From contig JAGVUA010000049.1 of the NCBI GenBank assembly GCA_019136545.1, positions 1,096-65,095 on the forward strand: DNA of 64,000 nt, in the 5' to 3' direction. Position numbers and translations under genes: made by a program. Of the stretch, positions 62,171 to 64,000 are shown one piece after another (the stretch's first letter is position 1; every line of letters begins with the position of its first letter). Under the pieces are notes generated by a model. That model was not told the origin of the DNA and made no database searches. It worked only from the letters and a program-made list of their open reading frames with translations. The stretch comes from Betaproteobacteria bacterium. GTDB lineage: Bacteria; Pseudomonadota; Gammaproteobacteria; Burkholderiales; Rhodocyclaceae.

Positions 62171-63067
62171 GTGGCCACTACGCTCGCGCTCCTGCCCGAC
62201 TTCCTGCTGATCCTGCTCGGCCATGCCTTGCGGCGCTGGCTGCATCTCGGCGACCATTTCTGGGGCGGACTGGAGAAGCTGGTCTATTTCATTTTCTTCC
62301 CCGCACTACTGTTCAACGCCCTGGCGCGCGCCAATCTCGACTGGGCCACCGCGGCGCCGCTGCTGGCTACCGGGCTGCTGATCATGTGCACCGGCATGGC
62401 GCTCGGCGCGGTGGCGCGCTGGCTGTTCGCCATGTCGCCCGTGTCGTTCGCCTCGCAGTTCCAATGCGCGTTCCGCTTCAATACCTACATCGGCCTTGCC
62501 GTGGCGGCCAAGCTGCATGGTGCGCCCGGACTGGCCGCCATGGGCTTGCTCACCGGCGCCATGGTGCCGCCGGCCAACATCGCGGCGGTCGGCATGCTGG
62601 CAAGGCACGGTGGCGCCAACCTGTGGAGCGAACTCGCGAAAAATCCGCTGGTCATCGGCACGCTGGCCGGCTTGCTGTGGAACGTTTCGGGCCTGGTGCT
62701 GCCGGCGCCGGCCGCCCAGTTCCTCGGCAGGCTTGCCGATGCCGCCATCACGCTCGGTTTGCTGGCGGTCGGCGCGGCACTCAAGCTCGACGGCCGGCCG
62801 GGCGGCGGCTACGCGGCCGCGAGCTGGTTCCTGGCGGTGAAACTGCTGGCCCTGCCGGCCGCGGCGCTCTGGCTGGCGCGCCTGTTCGGGCTTACCGGGG
62901 TCTACTTCGACGTTGCGCTGGCTTTCGCGGCGCTGCCGACGGCGAGTTCGGCCTACATCCTGGCGCAGCGCATGGGCGGCGACGGCCGGAGCGTGGCTTG
63001 GCTGATTTCGGCCGGCACGCTGGCGGCCATGTTGACGCTACCCCTTTGGCTTGCGTTTGGCCGATGA
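62171..63067 (+). CDS. AEC (auxin efflux carrier) family membrane transporter
   Basis: GTG start. 298 aa with about 10 hydrophobic helices. N-terminus LLPDFLLILLGHALRR. Confidence 0.7.
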   Translation: MATTLALLPDFLLILLGHALRRWLHLGDHFWGGLEKLVYFIFFPALLFNALARANLDWATAAPLLATGLLIMCTGMALGAVARWLFAMSPVSFASQFQCAFRFNTYIGLAVAAKLHGAPGLAAMGLLTGAMVPPANIAAVGMLARHGGANLWSELAKNPLVIGTLAGLLWNVSGLVLPAPAAQFLGRLADAAITLGLLAVGAALKLDGRPGGGYAAASWFLAVKLLALPAAALWLARLFGLTGVYFDVALAFAALPTASSAYILAQRMGGDGRSVAWLISAGTLAAMLTLPLWLAFGR

Positions 63068-63457
63068 ACGAGCCGGCTGATCCGCGGCCTCGCTTTCCGG
63101 CGCCTTGGCCGCCGGCGGGGGCGACACGGCGGTCTGCATGAAGTTCCAGGGCCACATCGACGGATTGGCGAAAGGGTTGTTGGGGCTGTCTCCGCTTTCG
63201 GGGCTGGCGGCGGCCTGCGCCATGCTGGCGAGCGTGGCGAGCGTGGCGCGTTGCATTTCCAGCCCTTGAATCGTCATCTGCAGCATCGACAGGTTGGTCT
63301 TCAGCCAGCCCTCGACCGCCTTGAGATCGGCGATGCGCTTGCCCAATTCATCGGTATCGACTGTCGGGGTGACCATGCCGGGAACCGGAAAGCCCATGCT
63401 GCCCCAGAAACCCTTCAACATTTCGAGTGGATCCTGGCCAAGCGGTGCGGTAGACAT
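63038..63457 (-). CDS. PhaM-like PHA-granule-associated protein (short form)
   Basis: GGAAGGAG RBS. PTVDTDELGKRIADLKAVEGWLKTNLSMLQMTIQGLEMQRATLATL resembles the PhaM core as I recall it. Basic tail AKRKPKG. Confidence 0.55.
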   Translation of the reverse strand: MSTAPLGQDPLEMLKGFWGSMGFPVPGMVTPTVDTDELGKRIADLKAVEGWLKTNLSMLQMTIQGLEMQRATLATLASMAQAAASPESGDSPNNPFANPSMWPWNFMQTAVSPPPAAKAPESEAADQPARSSAKRKPKG

Positions 63458-63582
63458 GATGGCTCCTTCCGGAAATTTTGCTTCATTATGGCACCGAGCC
63501 ATGATGAAGTGCACCCCTAGGAGGTTGTGGCCGGTCGCGCTAGACTGCCATATGTCATGGAAGCGGGCGAAAGGGATTTGTA

Positions 63583-64000
63583 ATGCTGAAGCTTCTGGTC
63601 GTCGAAGATCATGCCATGGTGCGCGAGGGCCTGCTCAAGGCAGTGAAGCGGGTCGAGCCCGGCGTGACGCCCCTGGGGGCCGCCGACGCTGCTGCCGCCC
63701 TGGAGCTGTTGGCGGACGACGACGATGTGGACTTGGTGCTGCTCGACCTGATGCTGCCAGGCACCAGCGGCATGGCGCTGCTGGGCGTGATGCGCCGGCG
63801 CTTCCCCACCATACCGGTGGTCATACTGTCGGCGCTTGACGACGTCGATACCATCAATCGGGCGCTTCGGCAGGGTGCCGCCGGCTTCATTCCGAAGTCC
63901 AGTTCGACGGAGAACATGCTGGCCGCGCTCCGCGAAGTGCTGGCGGGCGGTGTTTACGTTCCGCCCAGGCTGCGCGACCTGGTCGAACGCCAGCAGGCTC
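63583..64000 (+). CDS. Response regulator receiver domain (NarL/FixJ-type likely), 3' end beyond the window
   Basis: Not in the ORF track because there is no stop in the window. My translation from ATG 63583 reads MLKLLVVEDHAMVREGL...VDLVLLDLMLPGTSGM...VVILSALDD...GAAGFIPKS. Confidence 0.8.
   Translation, partial: MLKLLVVEDHAMVREGLLKAVKRVEPGVTPLGAADAAAALELLADDDDVDLVLLDLMLPGTSGMALLGVMRRRFPTIPVVILSALDDVDTINRALRQGAAGFIPKSSSTENMLAALREVLAGGVYVPPRLRDLVERQQA

Noticed and set aside
63038-63067. 30-nt convergent overlap of the AEC transporter and PhaM-like genes
   Set aside because: This is probably harmless 3'-end overlap, or a slightly mis-set stop context. Nothing else is unusual in the sequence.
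1-64000. CRISPR arrays, rRNA or tRNA genes, IS elements, integrases and prophage genes
   Set aside because: I saw no regularly spaced direct repeats, no tRNA-like or rRNA-like stretches in the few long spacers (26335-26610, 44185-44455, 45049-45213), and no transposase-like or integrase-like ORFs.

Overview
This is a high-G+C chromosomal segment. Its gene content reads like a facultatively anaerobic, aromatic-degrading betaproteobacterium of the Rhodocyclales type (Aromatoleum/Azoarcus/Thauera-like). That placement is inferred from gene content only; no database search was possible. I call about 57 protein genes. I saw no rRNA, tRNA, CRISPR array, transposase or integrase.

Layout:
(1) 1-15849, + strand: a tightly coupled operon matching the anaerobic phenylacetate route. 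It comprises padBCD-like phenylacetyl-CoA:acceptor oxidoreductase, padEFGHI-like five-subunit phenylglyoxylate oxidoreductase and a PaaK/PadJ ligase. These are followed by a LivHMGF-plus-binding-protein ABC importer and a PaaX-family repressor.
(2) 15871-22523, - strand: a four-gene envelope module of unresolved function (DUF1329-like, DUF1302-like, RND/MMPL-like pump, BNR/Ycf48-like propeller).
(3) 22575-26334, - strand: a tryptophan-tryptophylquinone (TTQ) amine dehydrogenase operon (large subunit, MauE, MauD, small subunit, two monoheme cytochromes c). No mauG lies in the window. A divergent FeaR/EutR-like AraC regulator is broken by one in-frame TAG.
(4) 27668-37000: an EF-G paralogue, then a Cys/His-rich small protein, cusF, cusC, cusB (with a fused CusF-like domain), cusA and a hemerythrin.
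(5) 37046-44184: a hybrid sensor kinase and an AraC regulator (- strand), divergent from icmF and a hotdog thioesterase.
(6) 44200-46419: a low-G+C vapBC cassette bracketed by 18-bp direct repeats, then dinB.
(7) 46515-52281: a TetR-ybhGFSR-like efflux operon.
(8) 52322-62105: a Crp-family regulator divergent from an operon of acyl-CoA ligase, Liv-type ABC genes and a PaaK-like gene.
(9) 62171-64000: an AEC transporter, a PhaM-like gene and a partial response regulator.

The most unusual signals are non-coding:
- A strongly over-represented GAAAGTCAGCC + GC-hairpin element (8 strong copies). It sits at operon 3' ends, flanks vapBC, and is embedded in frame inside genes, where it reads KVSxGxTP.
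- A second ~70-nt C-run/G-run element that supplies the Shine-Dalgarno sequence and GTG start context of two unrelated ABC ATPase genes.
- Several perfect palindromic operator candidates.

Start codons were chosen by hand from frame, RBS and overlap logic and may be off by a few codons. Family assignments rest on motifs and synteny that I recognise, not on searches.
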